Shown here: in pieces, positions 46,065 through 60,049 of the stretch
Layout of the letters: the number at the start of each line of letters is the position of its first letter
How positions within the stretch are numbered: the first letter of the stretch is position 1
Assembly (NCBI GenBank): GCA_002269645.1
Contig: NIVC01002899.1
Coordinates: forward strand, 67,181 to 131,180
DNA from: Macrostomum lignano
Taxonomy: Eukaryota
Length of the DNA stretch: 64,000 nt
Direction of reading: 5' to 3'
The notes under the pieces: model-generated
The model's input: the letters and a program-made list of their open reading frames with translations, nothing else
The model's database searches: none
Told to the model about the DNA's origin: nothing
Made by a program: the position numbers and the translations under genes

Positions 46065-47040
46065 ATGGATGAATCTACAAAACCAATTAACTATGATTTC
46101 CTTCGGAAGCTCGTTGGTATTGAAGGACTTTCAAACGTGTAAGTAGGACATTCAAATGATGATTAATAATTTTGACTGAACCCTCTGAACCTATTTTTTT
46201 GCTTGGTTTATTTGTTGAAATAAAACTATTCAATCAATTTAACCATGCTTTATTTTTATCATTTGATTATGGCTAATTTACTCTGATATAAAAGCTTTTA
46301 AGTCGTATGATCGTTCAAACTTATGGACTTTAATGATTTTTTTATATTGACATTACTTATTTAAGTTACAGGTTACAGCTGCATTACAAACATTTGATCT
46401 ATTTATTAATAATATGAATGAATTTGATGGAAAAATTTTTATTTTTAGTAAGAATATATACCTGGGACGGAGGCAGACAAGCAAAAAATATTTGGAAAAA
46501 TTTATTAGACATATTTTTTACACTTTTTATAGGCCTATTTAATTTACATTCATTGTAAATTGATCATTAAAAATGTTTGAAATAGTATTTACGCATTTCA
46601 AAACTTCCATACAGTAAATTCATGAATTTGCACTAGAGTAATATTTAAACATTGAAGTATTAAAGTTGGGAAATCACTGGAATTATTAATTGAATTTCAG
46701 TTTGATTAGTATTTTTATAACCCCAACCCCATTTTTGTTTTAGTTTGCAAAAGCGCAGCACGGCCGATGCGCACGCCGAAGTGATGCGCAATTATCACCG
46801 AGTTTTCGTCGACTCGGCAGCCCCGAGCCGCCTGCCGCCGTTGCACACCGAGAAGCGGTTCTCCGACCGGGCTAGTTTGAGAATCACTCAGCCGCCTGCC
46901 GCCGAGCTGCCAGCCGACCGGAGCTGCTGCGCCCAGCAACAGCCGGGCGGCGGAGGCTCCCTGCTGGCCATCGAGTACAAGCCGCACGACATTCGCGAGT
47001 TCACCAGGCGGGCCCACGCCAATAGCAAAGTTGGCAAGTG
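46065..47040 (+). CDS. Duplicated first two coding exons of the CNB-domain gene (distal copy)
   Basis: Exons 46065-46138 (MDESTKPINYDFLRKLVGIEGLSN) and 46744 to ~47037, near-identical to 49103-49176 and 49782 to ~50075. Confidence 0.6.
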
Positions 47041-47243
47041 ACAATCCTACTTAATTGCTGCTATTGTTATTGGAAGTTCATCTGTTTCTACTTATAGTAG
47101 CTTCCATGAGCGATTGATCGGCACGATTGTGTTGTGTTGTTACACTCCCACTGTAGGTCAGTTCTCGCAGGGCAAAGCGCATTTATCCAAAAGGAAGTTT
47201 TCCATTATTGTAGACTTTATTATGTCTAATTCATGTGTCGCTT

Positions 47244-47848
47244 GGCGCCAAATCGGGTGTCAGATGAGCGCCAAATCGGGTATCAGGTGAGCGCTAAATC
47301 GGGTGTCAGATGAGCGCCAAATCGGGTATCAGATGGCGCCAAATCGGGTGTCAGATGAGCGTCAAATCGGGTGTCAGATGAGCGCCAAATCGGGTGTCAG
47401 ATGAGCGCCAAATCGGGTGTCAGATGAGCGCCAAATCAGGTGTCAGATGAGCGCCAAATCGGGTGTCAGATGAGCGCCAAATCGGGTGTCAGATGAGCGT
47501 CAAATCGGGTGTCAGATGAGCGCCAAATCGGGTGTCAGATGAGCGCCAAATCGGGTGTCAGATGAGCGCCAAATCAGGTGTCAGATGAGCGCCAAATCGG
47601 GTGTCAGATGAGCGTCAAATCGGGTGTCAGATGAGCGCCAAATCGGGTGTCAGATGAGCGCCAAATCGGGTGTCAGATGAGCGCCAAATCTGGTGTCAGA
47701 TGAGCGCCAAATCGGGTGTCAGATGAGCGCCAAATCGGGTGTCAGATGAGCGCCAAATCGGGTGTCAGATGAGCTTCAAATCGGGTGTCAGATGAGCTTC
47801 AAATCGGGTGTCAGATGAGCGCCAAATCGGGTGTCAGATAAGCGCCAA
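47244..47848. repeat. 23-bp minisatellite array 2 (hybrid junction array)
   Basis: Left flank matches that of array 3; right flank matches that of array 1. Confidence 0.95.
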
Positions 47849-47991
47849 ATTGATGCCAAATTAGATGACAGAAGATCACGGCAAAGACATAAGTGCATAA
47901 GCACGGACCGTCGGGTTTTAGGGTTTGAAAAAGTGGTGAAACATGAAAGAAAACAAATTCCATGTAGCTGCTGTGCGTGGCCGAGGCTCAC

Positions 47992-48263
47992 CTCACTAGC
48001 AGGTACACAGTCGCGCCTCGACTAGCGAACTCGAAGGCGCACTCGGCCCCGATCCCGCTGCTGGCGCCAGTCAGTAGGACTGTCTGCCCGCTGAACTGAT
48101 CCTGCGATAGTCGGCCAGATACGTTCGACACCTTGGATCGATTTCTGCATGCGAAACAGAGGCCAACGGCTAGGCAAACTGAAGCGGGGAGCAGTATAAT
48201 CAGTACTGCAGCTAGGAGTACACTGAGCACTAAATTGCCTAAATTGTAGTTGTAAAAATCCAT
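47992..48263 (-). CDS. Duplicated exon 1 of the SDR gene (distal copy)
   Basis: Intact ATG, open frame, TGASSGIG motif and GTGAGC donor; a few amino-acid differences from 45224-44953. Confidence 0.65.
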
Positions 48264-49102
48264 TTTAGCGGCGCTTACAGTAGTGGCATGTAGCGTAAAA
48301 TAAATTCTGTCTATTTAATAAGATTGTTGCTTGTTAAAAATATTGAATGTGATTGGCTGCGCAGCAGACCATACAATTTCAGGCTTTCAGCAGTAACTTT
48401 TCAGGCTTGTATAAAATTATTTGCACATGTATAGAAGAAATATTGACACACTTCAGTTGTGATTACCGGTATATAACCAGCATAATTGCAAATAAAAAGA
48501 GCGAAATACAGTCTCGTGAAGTTAGAGATACTACTACTAAGCTATTGAAGGTGTGCTTCGTGGAAAAGTGCAGTGTAACATATTGGATGTTCTCTTCCCG
48601 ATATTAATTAATGTTGGAATTTATGAAACAAATTACGTTTTAAGAGTTTATCAAAAATAGTATTTTCTCAAAAAGGCATATAGACAAAACTTCTCGTATG
48701 TAATGCTACCTGTCGCTCGAATAATGTTAATAATGTATACACTAAATCCCCTTAGGTATAAATTGATCGTGAAGACATGTTTGAAACATATTATAAAACA
48801 CATTTGAAATTTTCTCTGCACGGTAATTTTTGCTAAAGTATAACAAATTATTGCATGTCTAGCTAGTAGAACGCAACTAAGGTGTTTAGTTACTCGAATA
48901 TTCCAAAATATGTTTAAATATTGAAGTTGAATAGATACATTGTTTTTTAAGCACCATTCGAGACAATATTGGTTTTTAACATGTTAGTGAGTGTCGATTT
49001 TTACATGGTAGGATCAGAAACACTGCTATCATAATATGTTGTTATTGTTAACGATGCCAGCAGACACATTCTAACCTAATAAATATCACTTAAACTTAAG
49101 CC

Positions 49103-52100
49103 ATGGATGAATCTACAAAACCAATTAACTATGATTTCCTTCGGAAGCTCGTTGGTATTGAAGGACTTTCAAACGTGTAAGTAGGACATTCAAATGATGA
49201 TTAAGAATTTTGACTGAACCCTCTGAACCTATTTTTTTGCTTGGTTTATTTGTTGAAATAAAACTATTCAATCAATTTAACCATGCTTTATTTTTATCAT
49301 TTGATTATGGCTAATTTACTCTGATATAAAAGCTTTTAAGTCGTATGATCGTTCAAACTTATGGACTTTAATGATTTTTTTATATTGACATTACTTATTT
49401 AAGTTACAGGTTACAGCTGCATTACAAACATTTGATCTATTTATTAATAATATGAATGAATTTGATGGAAAAAATTTTATTTTTAGTAAGAATATATACC
49501 TGGGACGGAGGCAGACAAGCAAAAAATATTTGGAAAAATTTATTAGACATATTTTTTACACTTTTTATAGGCCTATTTAATTTACATTCATTGTAAATTG
49601 ATCATTAAAAATGTTTGAAATAGTATTTACGCATTTCAAAACTTCCATACAGTAAATTCATGAATTTGCACTAGAGTAATATTTAAACATTGAAGTATTA
49701 AAGTTGGGAAATCACTGGAATTATTAATTGAATTTCAGTTTGATTAGTATTTTTATAACCCCAACCCCATTTTTGTTTTAGTTTGCAAAAGCGCAGCACG
49801 GCCGATGCGCACGCCGAAGTGATGCGCAATTATCACCGAGTTTTCGTCGACTCGGCAGCCCCGAGCCGCCTGCCGCCGTTGCACACCGAGAAGCGGTTCT
49901 CCGACCGGGCTAGTTTGAGAATCACTCAGCCGCCTGCCGCCGAGCTGCCAGCCGACCGGAGCTGCTGCGCCCAGCAACAGCCGGGCGGCGGAGGCTCCCT
50001 GCTGGCCATCGAGTACAAGCCGCACGACATTCGCGAGTTCACCAGGCGGGCCCACGCCAATAGCAAAGTTGGCAAGTGACAATCCTACTTAATTGCTGCT
50101 ATTGTTATTGGAAGTTCATCTGTTTCTACTTATAGTAGCTTCCATGAGCGATTGATCGGCACGATTGTGTTGTGTTGTTACACTCCCACTGTAGGTCAGT
50201 TCTCGCAGGGCAAAGCGCATTTATCCAAAAGGAAGTTTTCCATTATTGTAGACTTTATTATGTCTAATTCATGTGTCGCTTGGCGCCAAATCGGGTGTCA
50301 GATGAGCGCCAAATCGGGTATCAGGTGAGCGCTAAATCGGGTGTCAGATGAGCGCCAAATCGGGTATCAGATGGCGCCAAATCGGGTGTCAGATGAGCGT
50401 CAAATCGGGTGTCAGATGAGCGCCAAATCGGGTGTCAGATGAGCGCCAAATCGGGTGTCAGATGAGCGCCAAATCAGGTGTCAGATGAGCGCCAAATCGG
50501 GTGTCAGATGAGCGCCAAATCGGGTGTCAGATGAGCGTCAAATCGGGTGTCAGATGAGCGCCAAATCGGGTGTCAGATGAGCGCCAAATCGGGTGTCAGA
50601 TGAGCGCCAAATCAGGTGTCAGATGAGCGCCAAATCGGGTGTCAGATGAGCGTCAAATCGGGTGTCAGATGAGCGCCAAATCGGGTGTCAGATGAGCGCC
50701 AAATCGGGTGTCAGATGAGCGCCAAATCTGGTGTCAGATGAGCGCCAAATCGGGTGTCAGATGAGCGCCAAATCGGGTGTCAGATGAGCGCCAAATCGGG
50801 TGTCAGATGAGCGCCAAATCTGGTGTCAGATGACGTTAAAATCGAGATCGAAATAGTAATACTCAACTGAATGAATTTACTGAATGAACAGTCAAAATTT
50901 CGCGGGAAGTTTGCCCGTCAGCTATAAAAATAGCTTGATAAACTTTTGAGTGCACCTCGGACAGAACACATTCGTGCTTTGTCAATGATTTGGCGATTTT
51001 AGTGCGCGTCCTTCTACTTTAACTGTCCATGCCTAGCAACTGGCTAAGCCCAGCTCCTGCTGCACCCCCCCCCACCAACCGCAGCAGCAGCGTCCGCCAA
51101 GCCCACCAAGCACGCGGTGGTGCAGGCCCTCCGCCGGCTGCTCAAACAGCCAATGTATGAGAGAACCGCCGAGGAGAACGACAAAATCTACCAGCTGATG
51201 CGCAACATCGAACCGTTGAGCAGTCAAGTGTCGGACAGTCTACTGAAAGAGCTGGCTACAGTTGTTATACTGGAACGATGGCCGGAAGGTGACGTCACCC
51301 TGCTGGCGCACGGGTCTTTGTTCCTGGTGCTGCACGGCTGCGCGGTGGCGCTCACCGAGCCTTCTATGCACGGCATGGACGATGCGGACGAGGCCGCTTT
51401 TATTGAACGCTGCCGGACGCTGGAGAAGGATGAGCAGCAGGTGGTGAGTAGATCGAGTTTTACTCCACTTTTTCTCTTCATCCCTTCCTGCATCTCTTCA
51501 TCCCTCCCTGCATCTCTCCATCATTCCCTGCATCTCTCCATCCCTCCCTGCATCTCTCCATCATTCCCTGCATCTCTCCATCATTCCCTGCATCTCTCCA
51601 TCCCTCCCTGCATCTCTCCATCATTCCCTGCATCTCTCCATCCCTCCCTGCATCTCTCCATCATTCCCTGCATCTCTCCATCCCTCCCTGCATCTCTCCA
51701 TCATTCCCTGCATCTCTCCATCCCTCCCTGCATCTCTCCATCATTCCCTGCATCTCTCCATCATTCCCTGCATCTCTCCATCCCTCCCTGCATCTCTCCA
51801 TCATTCCCTGCATCTCTCCATTTCTCCCTGCATCTCTCCATCCCTCCCTGCATCTCTCCATCATTCCCTGCATCTCTCCATCCCTCCCTGCATCTCTCCA
51901 TCATTCCCTGCATCTCTCCATCCCTCCCTGCATCTCTCCATCATTCCCTGCATCTCTCCATCATTCCCTGCATCTCTCCATCCCTCCCTGCATCTCTCCA
52001 TCATTCCCTGCATCTCTCCATCCCTCCCTGCATCTCTCCATCATTCCCTGCATCTCTCCATCCCTCCCTGCATCTCTTCATCCCTCCCTGCATCTCTCCA

Positions 52101-54703
52101 TTTCTCCCTGCATCTCTCCATCCCTCCCTGCATCTCTTCATCCCTCCCTGCATCTCTCCATTTCTCCCTGCATCTCTCCATCCCTCCCTGCATCTCTCCA
52201 TTCCTACCTTTATCTTCCCATCCCTCCCTGCATCTCTTCATCCCTACCTTCCTCCCTTTATCCCTCACTGCATCTCTCTATCGTTTTAAGAATTTTACAA
52301 ATGACAAAATCTTTCCAATCTTTCTTTCACCGCCCCCCCCTACCCCAGATCAAAGTCGGCGAAATGTTCGGCACGCTAAAGTACACGGAGCAGCCGCGTT
52401 CCGGCGATAAGATTCTCTCAGTGTATCTCCCTGACGATGGCAGCGAGTTTTTAAAGATTTCTTCCTACGATTATCAGCGACTCAAACAGCAGCTGGAGAA
52501 CAAGGACGAGACTGAGAAGGTTGGCCTGCTGCTTGAGAACCCGGGCTACACGCTCTGGTCACGACAGCCGCTGCTGAAGGTCGTTCGGCTGGTCGATTGG
52601 CTGACCGTGCCAGCCAATAGCGTCATTGCCAGCGAAGGCTTCAAGGCACCTTTTATTGGTAAGTTGGGCAGAAACGATGAGCACACAGAGTGACAGTATT
52701 GATGAGCACACAGAGTGACAGTAGGGATGAGCACACAGAGTGACAGTATTGATGAGCACACAGAGTGACAGTATTGATGAGCACACAGAGTGACAGTAGG
52801 GATGAGCACACAGAGTGACAGTATTGATGAGCACACAGAGTGACAGTATTGATGAGCACACAGAGTGACAGTAGGGATGAGCACACAGAGTGACAGTAGG
52901 GATGAGCACACAGAGTGACAGTATTGATGAGCACACAGAGTGACAGTATTGATGAGCACACAGAGTGACAGTAGGGATGAGCACACAGAGTGACAGTATT
53001 GATGAGCACACAGAGTGACAGTATTGATGAGCACACAGAGTGACAGTAGGGATGAGCACACAGAGTGACAGTAGGGATGAGCACACAGAGTGACAGTATT
53101 GATGAGCACACAGAGTGACAGTATTGATGAGCACACAGAGTGACAGTAGGGATGAGCACACACAGTGACAGTAGGAGCACACAGATGACAGTATTGATGA
53201 GCACACAGAGTGACAGTAGAGATGAGCACACAGAGTGACAATAGGAATGAGCACACAGAGTGACAATAGGAATGAGCACACAGAGTGACAGTAGGGATGA
53301 GCACACAGAGTGACAGTAGGGATGAGCACACAGAGTGACAGTAGGGATGAGCACACAGATGACTGTAGGGATGAGCACACAGATGACTGTAGGGATGAGC
53401 ACACAGATGACTGTAGGGATGAGCACACAGATGACTGTAGGGATGAGCACACAGAGTGACAGTAGGGATGAGCATACAGAGTGACAGTAGGGATGAGCAC
53501 ACAGAGTGACAGTAGGGATGAGCACACAGAGTGACAGTAGGGATGAGCACATAGAGTGACAGTAGGGATGAGCACACAGAGTGACAGTAGGGATGAGCAC
53601 ACAGAGTGACAGTATAGATGAGCTCACAGAGTGACAGTAGGAATGAGCACACAGAGTGACAGTATGGATGAGCACACAGAGTGACAGTGGTAATAAGCAA
53701 GGGTGAAATTGGGGTGAATATAGAGTGAAATTGAAAAGAATAGTGACATTGTTATCCATAAGGATTGACATTTGGATGAACAGTGAGTTACATGAAAACA
53801 GCAAGTGAAACAAATATTGCTTGAAAACTGATGACTCACCCTGCGCCCCTCCCCCCGTTGCGCTTCTAGGCTACATCCAATCGGGTACCTGCCTCCTCCT
53901 GCGCAAGCTGGTCGCGAACAAGACTCTGAAAAATGGGCAGGAGGTGCAGCGCACCGCCCACATCGTCATGAGTCGCATCGGGCCGAAGCAGTCGTTCGGG
54001 GAAGCCTCCCTGCTAGATCAGGAGGACATGCCGTGCACTCTCATCGCAGAGACGGACACTGTCCGAATGGCTGTACTCCGGCCGGACAAGCTGGCCGAGC
54101 TGGACTCGGACACTCGGCTACTGATTGGACAGTCGGCCGATGCCAGCCTTGGGAAAATGCCGCAGGTGGGCGTTTGGGGTGCTCGCTGAAGTTTTTGATC
54201 TACTACAAAAACATTGCGAACTTGATTTTCTTGTCTTTTCAGCCAAGGCATCTCAGCAACTCCCCTTGAGCCATGGCATCTCTGCAACTCCCCTTGAGCC
54301 AAGGCATCTCAGCAACTCCCCTTGAGCCATGCCATCTCAGCAACTCCCCTTGAGCCATGACTCTCAGCAACTCCCCTTGAGCCATGACTCTCAGCAACTC
54401 CCCTTCAGCCATGGCATCTCAGCAACTCCCCTTGAGCCATGGCATCTCGTTTAGTTTCGTTTATTAATTACCAGCAAACTTGATTTATTATCATACTCAG
54501 TGCATCTACATTGTCTAGCACCGTAGACAATGTACTAGTAAATGACAAACCCGTCAACCTTTGACTCAATTCAGGAGGAAGTCGAACGCGAGTACGTAGT
54601 CCAAGAGTCAGCCAAGGAGTGGAACGAGACGAAGCAAGCGGTAGTTGATGAAGTCATCAATGCGCGCGGAATTCGTCCCGGAGTTGGAAAATGGGCAAAG
54701 TAG
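49103..54703 (+). CDS. Cyclic-nucleotide-binding-domain protein (CNBD1/2-like, two degenerate CNB domains)
   Basis: Exons 49103-49176, 49782 to ~50075, ~51037/51054-51443, 52349-52658, 53870-54165 and 54575-54703. CNB-like segments LFLVLHG..KVGEMFG and FIGYIQSGTC..IGPKQSFGEASLL. The exon 2/3 junction is ambiguous and may need a 1-bp correction in the C9 run at 51065-51073. Confidence 0.8.
50282..50832. repeat. 23-bp minisatellite array 3
   Basis: Direct inspection. Confidence 0.95.
51484..52270. repeat. 20-bp pyrimidine-rich minisatellite (CATCTCTCCATCCCTCCCTG) in a CNBD intron
   Basis: Direct inspection. Confidence 0.95.
52677..53690. repeat. 25-bp minisatellite (GATGAGCACACAGAGTGACAGTA(GG/TT)) in a CNBD intron
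   Basis: Direct inspection. Confidence 0.95.
54248..54448. repeat. 28-bp tandem repeat (GCATCTCAGCAACTCCCCTTGAGCCATG) in the last CNBD intron
   Basis: About 7 copies. Confidence 0.9.
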
Positions 54704-55260
54704 ATCCAAAAAAACTGTTCTTATTGTGATAATAAACTACCGCTTTATTATATCACTTTGCAAGGAAAATTTCTAGTACAATGAAGTTATAATAAATATA
54801 CTGAATTATACTCAACGGTGTTTTGTTTTGCAACGCAAAAACGTTTCTGATATGACGTTCCTAAATCCACTTTGGTTTCCGTTCAAAGCCTATCTTTCAA
54901 GCTAACAAGAGGAGTGCGAAGTCGGCTTTTTCACACCAGCCAATCAGCGATCGCCTCGGGGAGAGGGGAGTAGAAATCATTGCGCGAGCCTGTCTGACCT
55001 ACGGGGTAAGGGTTTGAGGCTGTACAGCTAGATGTACACTGAAAGCGCCGCCTTCAATCAAACCAAGCACCCCTTTTTAATTCTTCGCTGGCAAAAATCT
55101 ACACTGAACAGATAGAATGACTCAATCAACTACGTACAAAGCCATGCAATTCGATGTACAAGTATTCTGGCTTGATCGGACTAAGAAAGTGTCTTAAAAG
55201 TCAGGTAATTTTAATGAAAAGAGCCTACCTTCTTGTCTATTATTATCATTTTAAAAAATC

Positions 55261-55983
55261 ATGCATCTTTTCTGTAAACTTGCATTTGCCATTGTTCTAC
55301 TGGCGTCTGTGGCACCCGCTGCTGAAGGTCTCTCCTGGATGCTGGGAGGATCAGAGCGTGGGCCTCCGCCACCGCCACCGCCACCGCCACCGCCACCCAA
55401 GAGTCCGGAGGCAGTTGATGTTGCATCCAGAAGCTTAGCCGAACATCATCATTTCAACCGTCAAGAAGAACGCCGGCACAAAAGCGAGAGTCGAAGCGAG
55501 CATCAGGAGCAGAAAAGAACTATTTTGAACGAAAGGAAGATTGGAGTTGGCAACAGTGAGATTAGCAATAACAACAAAGTGAAGAAAGAGAACTACAATA
55601 AAATGCCGAATGGCGAAGAAGCTTCAGATGCCCAATATCAAAGCAGCACCAATAGCAACATTCACAACAACCGCAGAGATAACAAGTACAGCGACAACCT
55701 TGAAGTTGGCAACAAATACAACAACCACAAACACAACAACCGAGAAGCTGACAACAAATACAACAACAACAACCGAGAAGTTGATACCAAATCCAACGAC
55801 AACAACAACAACCACAACAACCGAGAAGCTGACAACAAATACAACAACCAAAACCACAACAACCGAGAAGACAACAAAAAATACAACAACCACAACAACC
55901 ACAACAACCGAGAAGTTGACAATAAATTCGACCACAACAACAACAACAAAAACCACCGAGAAGCTGACAACAGATACACCACC

Positions 55984-56042
<59 letters not shown>

Positions 56043-58144
56043 CCGAGAAGTTAACGACAGATATGAATACAACAGCAACCGAGAAGCTCTCAACAGATAC
56101 AAAATCAACAACAACAGAGAAGTTGACAACAAGTACAACAACAACAGAGAAGTTGACAACAAGTACAACAACAACAGAGAAGTTGACAACAAGTACAACA
56201 ACAGAGAAGTTGACAACAAGTACAACAACAACAGAGAAGTTGACAACAAGTACAACAACAACAGAGAAGTTGACAACAAGTACAACAAAACAGAGAAGTT
56301 GACAACAAGTACAACAACAGAGAAGTTGACAACAAGTACAACAACAACAGAGAAGTTGACAACAAGTACAACAACAACAGAGAAGTTAACAACAAGTACA
56401 ACAACAACAGAGAAGTTGACAACAAGTACAACAACAACAGAGAAGTTGACAACAAGTACAACAACAGAGAAGTTGACAACAAGTACAACAACAACAGAGA
56501 AGTTGACAACAAGTACAACAACAACAGAGAAGTTGACAACAAGTACAACAACAACCGAGAAGTTGACAACAAGTACAACAACAACAGAGAAGTTGACAAC
56601 AAGTACAACAACAACAGAGAAGTTGACAACAAGTACAACAACAACCGAGAAGTTGACAACAAGTACAACAATAACCTAGAAGTTGACAACAAGTACAACA
56701 ACAACAGAGAAATTGACAACAAGTACAACAACAGAGAAGTTGACAACAAGTACAACAACAGAGAAGTTGACAACAAGTACAACAACGCTAAGCAAAGACC
56801 CAGCATTAAACGTTACAATGATGTCAGCAACAGAGAGTTGGAGAACGAATACAATCGAAAGAAGCAACCCATCGAGATTTACTACAATGAGAAGCCAGGA
56901 AAGGACCTGGCAACCAAGTCCAGTGCATACAGCGGCAGAACTGACTACAGCAGCAGCAACAACAATGACGGCATCAAGGCTAAGAACGACAGGCGGAGTC
57001 GAGACTATGAAGGAGGGAAGTTGGCGAGCTCAAACTACGCCGGAGATGGCATCATTGCCGACGAGGGACCCATCGAAAGTCGCAGGTATTTGAAACACAA
57101 TTCATATTTGCTACCTCGATTTTTTCTTAAGCGTCAGAATCACAGTGCCATCTGGATACTCTACTCGACCCTTTCGACTGCTGAGCAGTCTAGCTCTCAC
57201 CCATAGAAGTTGCAGAAAATCTGCGGACTTCAGGTTTACAAATTAATCAAAGTTTACAATTTTTAGAGTAGAGGCCTTGAAATATTGAGAATCCCAGTAT
57301 CCAGTATTGATATTTTAAAGGAAATATGAGTTTAACATAGAACTGAATTAAATGACACCCAGCTGGGAAAAAAACTGAGTCCAAATTCAGGATGCAAAAA
57401 ATTGCAGATACTGAGATACTAGAATAATTAGACTAGATGGGCCACTCAGCACATTTGCGTGTAAGCTACTTTCAGTTCAGTAGTAAGTTAAACTGAAGCA
57501 TTTTAATGTCTTTTTTAAAGCCAAGGCTCATTTATAGGCTCTTACCCCTCATCCAACCGAGCCTTTCCACACAACCCCCCGCCCGCCCCAATTTTTATTG
57601 CCTAAAGCTGCCATGTACATTTCAGTGGACTGGCCAATGTACATTATTGCTGAACCAATTAGCAAGCTGTTTACGCCTGCAAGCTTTGGGCTTCTAAACT
57701 TATCAAAGTCATTTAAGCTGCCTTTATTTTTTATAAAATAGCTTATGTATTCTTCTTTGCTACTGAAATGCAAGTAAAAAGCTGCTTTACTAAGTACAAG
57801 TGCCTCCTGAGTGGTCCATCTAGTTATTTTAGTATCTGCGGTCATGACAAACGACTATGACACAAGAACCCGCTTTGCCACCTACAGTCTAATTGCATTA
57901 AGCAAACCGTTGGAATTTACAATAACTTTTTAAACACAAAACGCTCACAAATAGGCCCTACAAACATCCGGTCAGCAACAGCCGTCCGAGACCGGACGAC
58001 TGGTTTGTCGATTTGCTGATGAGCGACGAGAACTATGTCGATCTGCTGCTGGACGAGCTGCTCAACGGCAATCGCTACGACGTCTACGACAGAAATTCGG
58101 CGAACTACGAATGGCACCACGGATGGAATGACAAGCGACGTTGA
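55261..58144 (+). CDS. Secreted Asn-rich repetitive protein (NNREVDNKY repeats), about 670 aa if a 1-bp gap at ~56289 is corrected
   Basis: Signal peptide MHLFCKLAFAIVLLASVAPAAEG, a poly-Pro stretch and Asn-rich repeats. Exon 1 runs 55261-57085 (AG/GTATTT, phase 2) and exon 2 runs 57955-58144 (RPYKHPV...HHGWNDKRR*). One unit at 56281-56290 lacks a C. Confidence 0.78.
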
Positions 58145-58411
58145 CTGAGTGTGTTAAATTGATTTGGGCAGGTTGATGTGTTTGAATTGGCGCCAAATAT
58201 GCGTTTCGTTGTGTTAATCTCGAAGTTTTTATGACTTCCTATTGCGCAATAGTTTCAACATCAGTAACCAGTTTTGTTTTGTTGTTAAGTCTCTTAAGTC
58301 CTGATTTCATTAGTAACGCTAGTTTCTAAACAATTAAAATTTCTCATAATAAATTATTAACATTGGCTTACAAGCCGCACCGTTTCAATTGCAAAAAAAT
58401 AGTTTGGTTCG

Positions 58412-58961
58412 TGACTGACTGACTGACTGACTGACTGACTGACTGACTGACTGAATGACTGACTGACTGACTGACTGACTGACTGACTGACTGACTGACT
58501 GACTGACTGACTGACTGACTGACTGACTGACTGACTGACTGACTGACTGACTGACTGACTGACTGACTGACTGACTGACTGACTGACTGACTGACTGACT
58601 GACTGACTGACTGACTGACTGACTGACTGACTGACTGACTGACTGACTGACTGACTGACTGACTGACTGACTGACTGACTGACTGACTGACTGACTGACT
58701 GACTGACTGACTGACTGACTGACTGACTGACTGACTGACTGACTGACTGACTGACTGACTGACTGACTGACTGACTGACTGACTGACTGACTGACTGACT
58801 GACTGACTGACTGACTGACTGACTGACTGACTGACTGACTGACTGACTGACTGACTGACTGACTGACTGACTGACTGACTGACTGACTGACTGACTGACT
58901 GACTGACTGACTGACTGACTGACTGACTGACTGACTGACTGACTGACTGACTGACTGACTG
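58412..58961. repeat. (GACT)n microsatellite
   Basis: Direct inspection. Confidence 0.97.
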
Positions 58962-60049
58962 AAATGATTAAGACCGTACAAACACAGCTTATTGGATGCA
59001 AGCATTGCTCAAAGAGCTGGTCAGAAGATGCAATGCTATCATATTTATTCAGAGTCAAAAGCTCAGTGATTCCAGTTCATTCCGAAGGCAGGGTTGCAGC
59101 TCCTCATAAATAGCAGCCGCCCTGGCTATCTCTATTGCAGAAGCCTCGGTTGCACTTCTCTCCTCCATTGCACCAGAATCCATTCGGGTGGCAGCTGCAT
59201 TCATCAGCAGCAGCCGCCTGTTGCGTGGCGCTCACCAGAATCAGAACGGCGAGGAGCATCAGAAATCTCAGCATGGCTTCGGCTTGTAGAGCGAGGTTTA
59301 TCGAATATTCGAGTCAGAGAAGTTGCAGTTCGGCAGTTGCAGAGTCGCAGATTGCTTGACTTTCCTGGGGCTAGAAATCGACTTACTTAAATGCAGGAGA
59401 GCCCCGGAAGCCCTCTGACATCGCTCGGGGTTATGGCTGACTTTATGACACCGCGCTGGGCCTTTGTGAGCGCGGGTAGGCGACAGTCGCGAGTGACGGG
59501 CAGCTGAGAGGGGGCCAAAGCAACAATTGGCTTATGAGCGCAATGCGGCCTCACTTTTCTTTGGCGGCTGGAGGGCCGTTAGTTTCTGCCCAGGTATTTA
59601 ATGGCTGGATAGAATTCTCAAGAAAATAATTAATTTTTACGATATGTTCACCGTTTCAATAAAACTCACAGCCTTGGAAGATTCTTCCGAATTTTATTTT
59701 TTTACTTTTCTTTTTTTAACCGGATCTGGTGACTTCTTTGTGTGCTGCCGATCGTCTCCGTTTGGATTCGACATCTGATTTCGCTTTTTGACTAATGCTT
59801 CGCATCTCGTGATTTTGTTCGAAGCAGTGCGATATTGAGCTTTTGGGGTGCCGATTTTTCACAGTTTTCGCACCTGAATAAGGATGCTTGTGCAAATGAT
59901 AGGAACAGCTGGAGTCACGGGAAGGCGCAACATGTCGCTTGGAGGGACAGGGCTGGACCATGGGGCTAAGAGGGGTGTTAATTAAGTTCTCGGAAAAATG
60001 CACTTCGCATTGTTGTTTTCAGCTGCAATTTAATTTATACCCCGTGATT

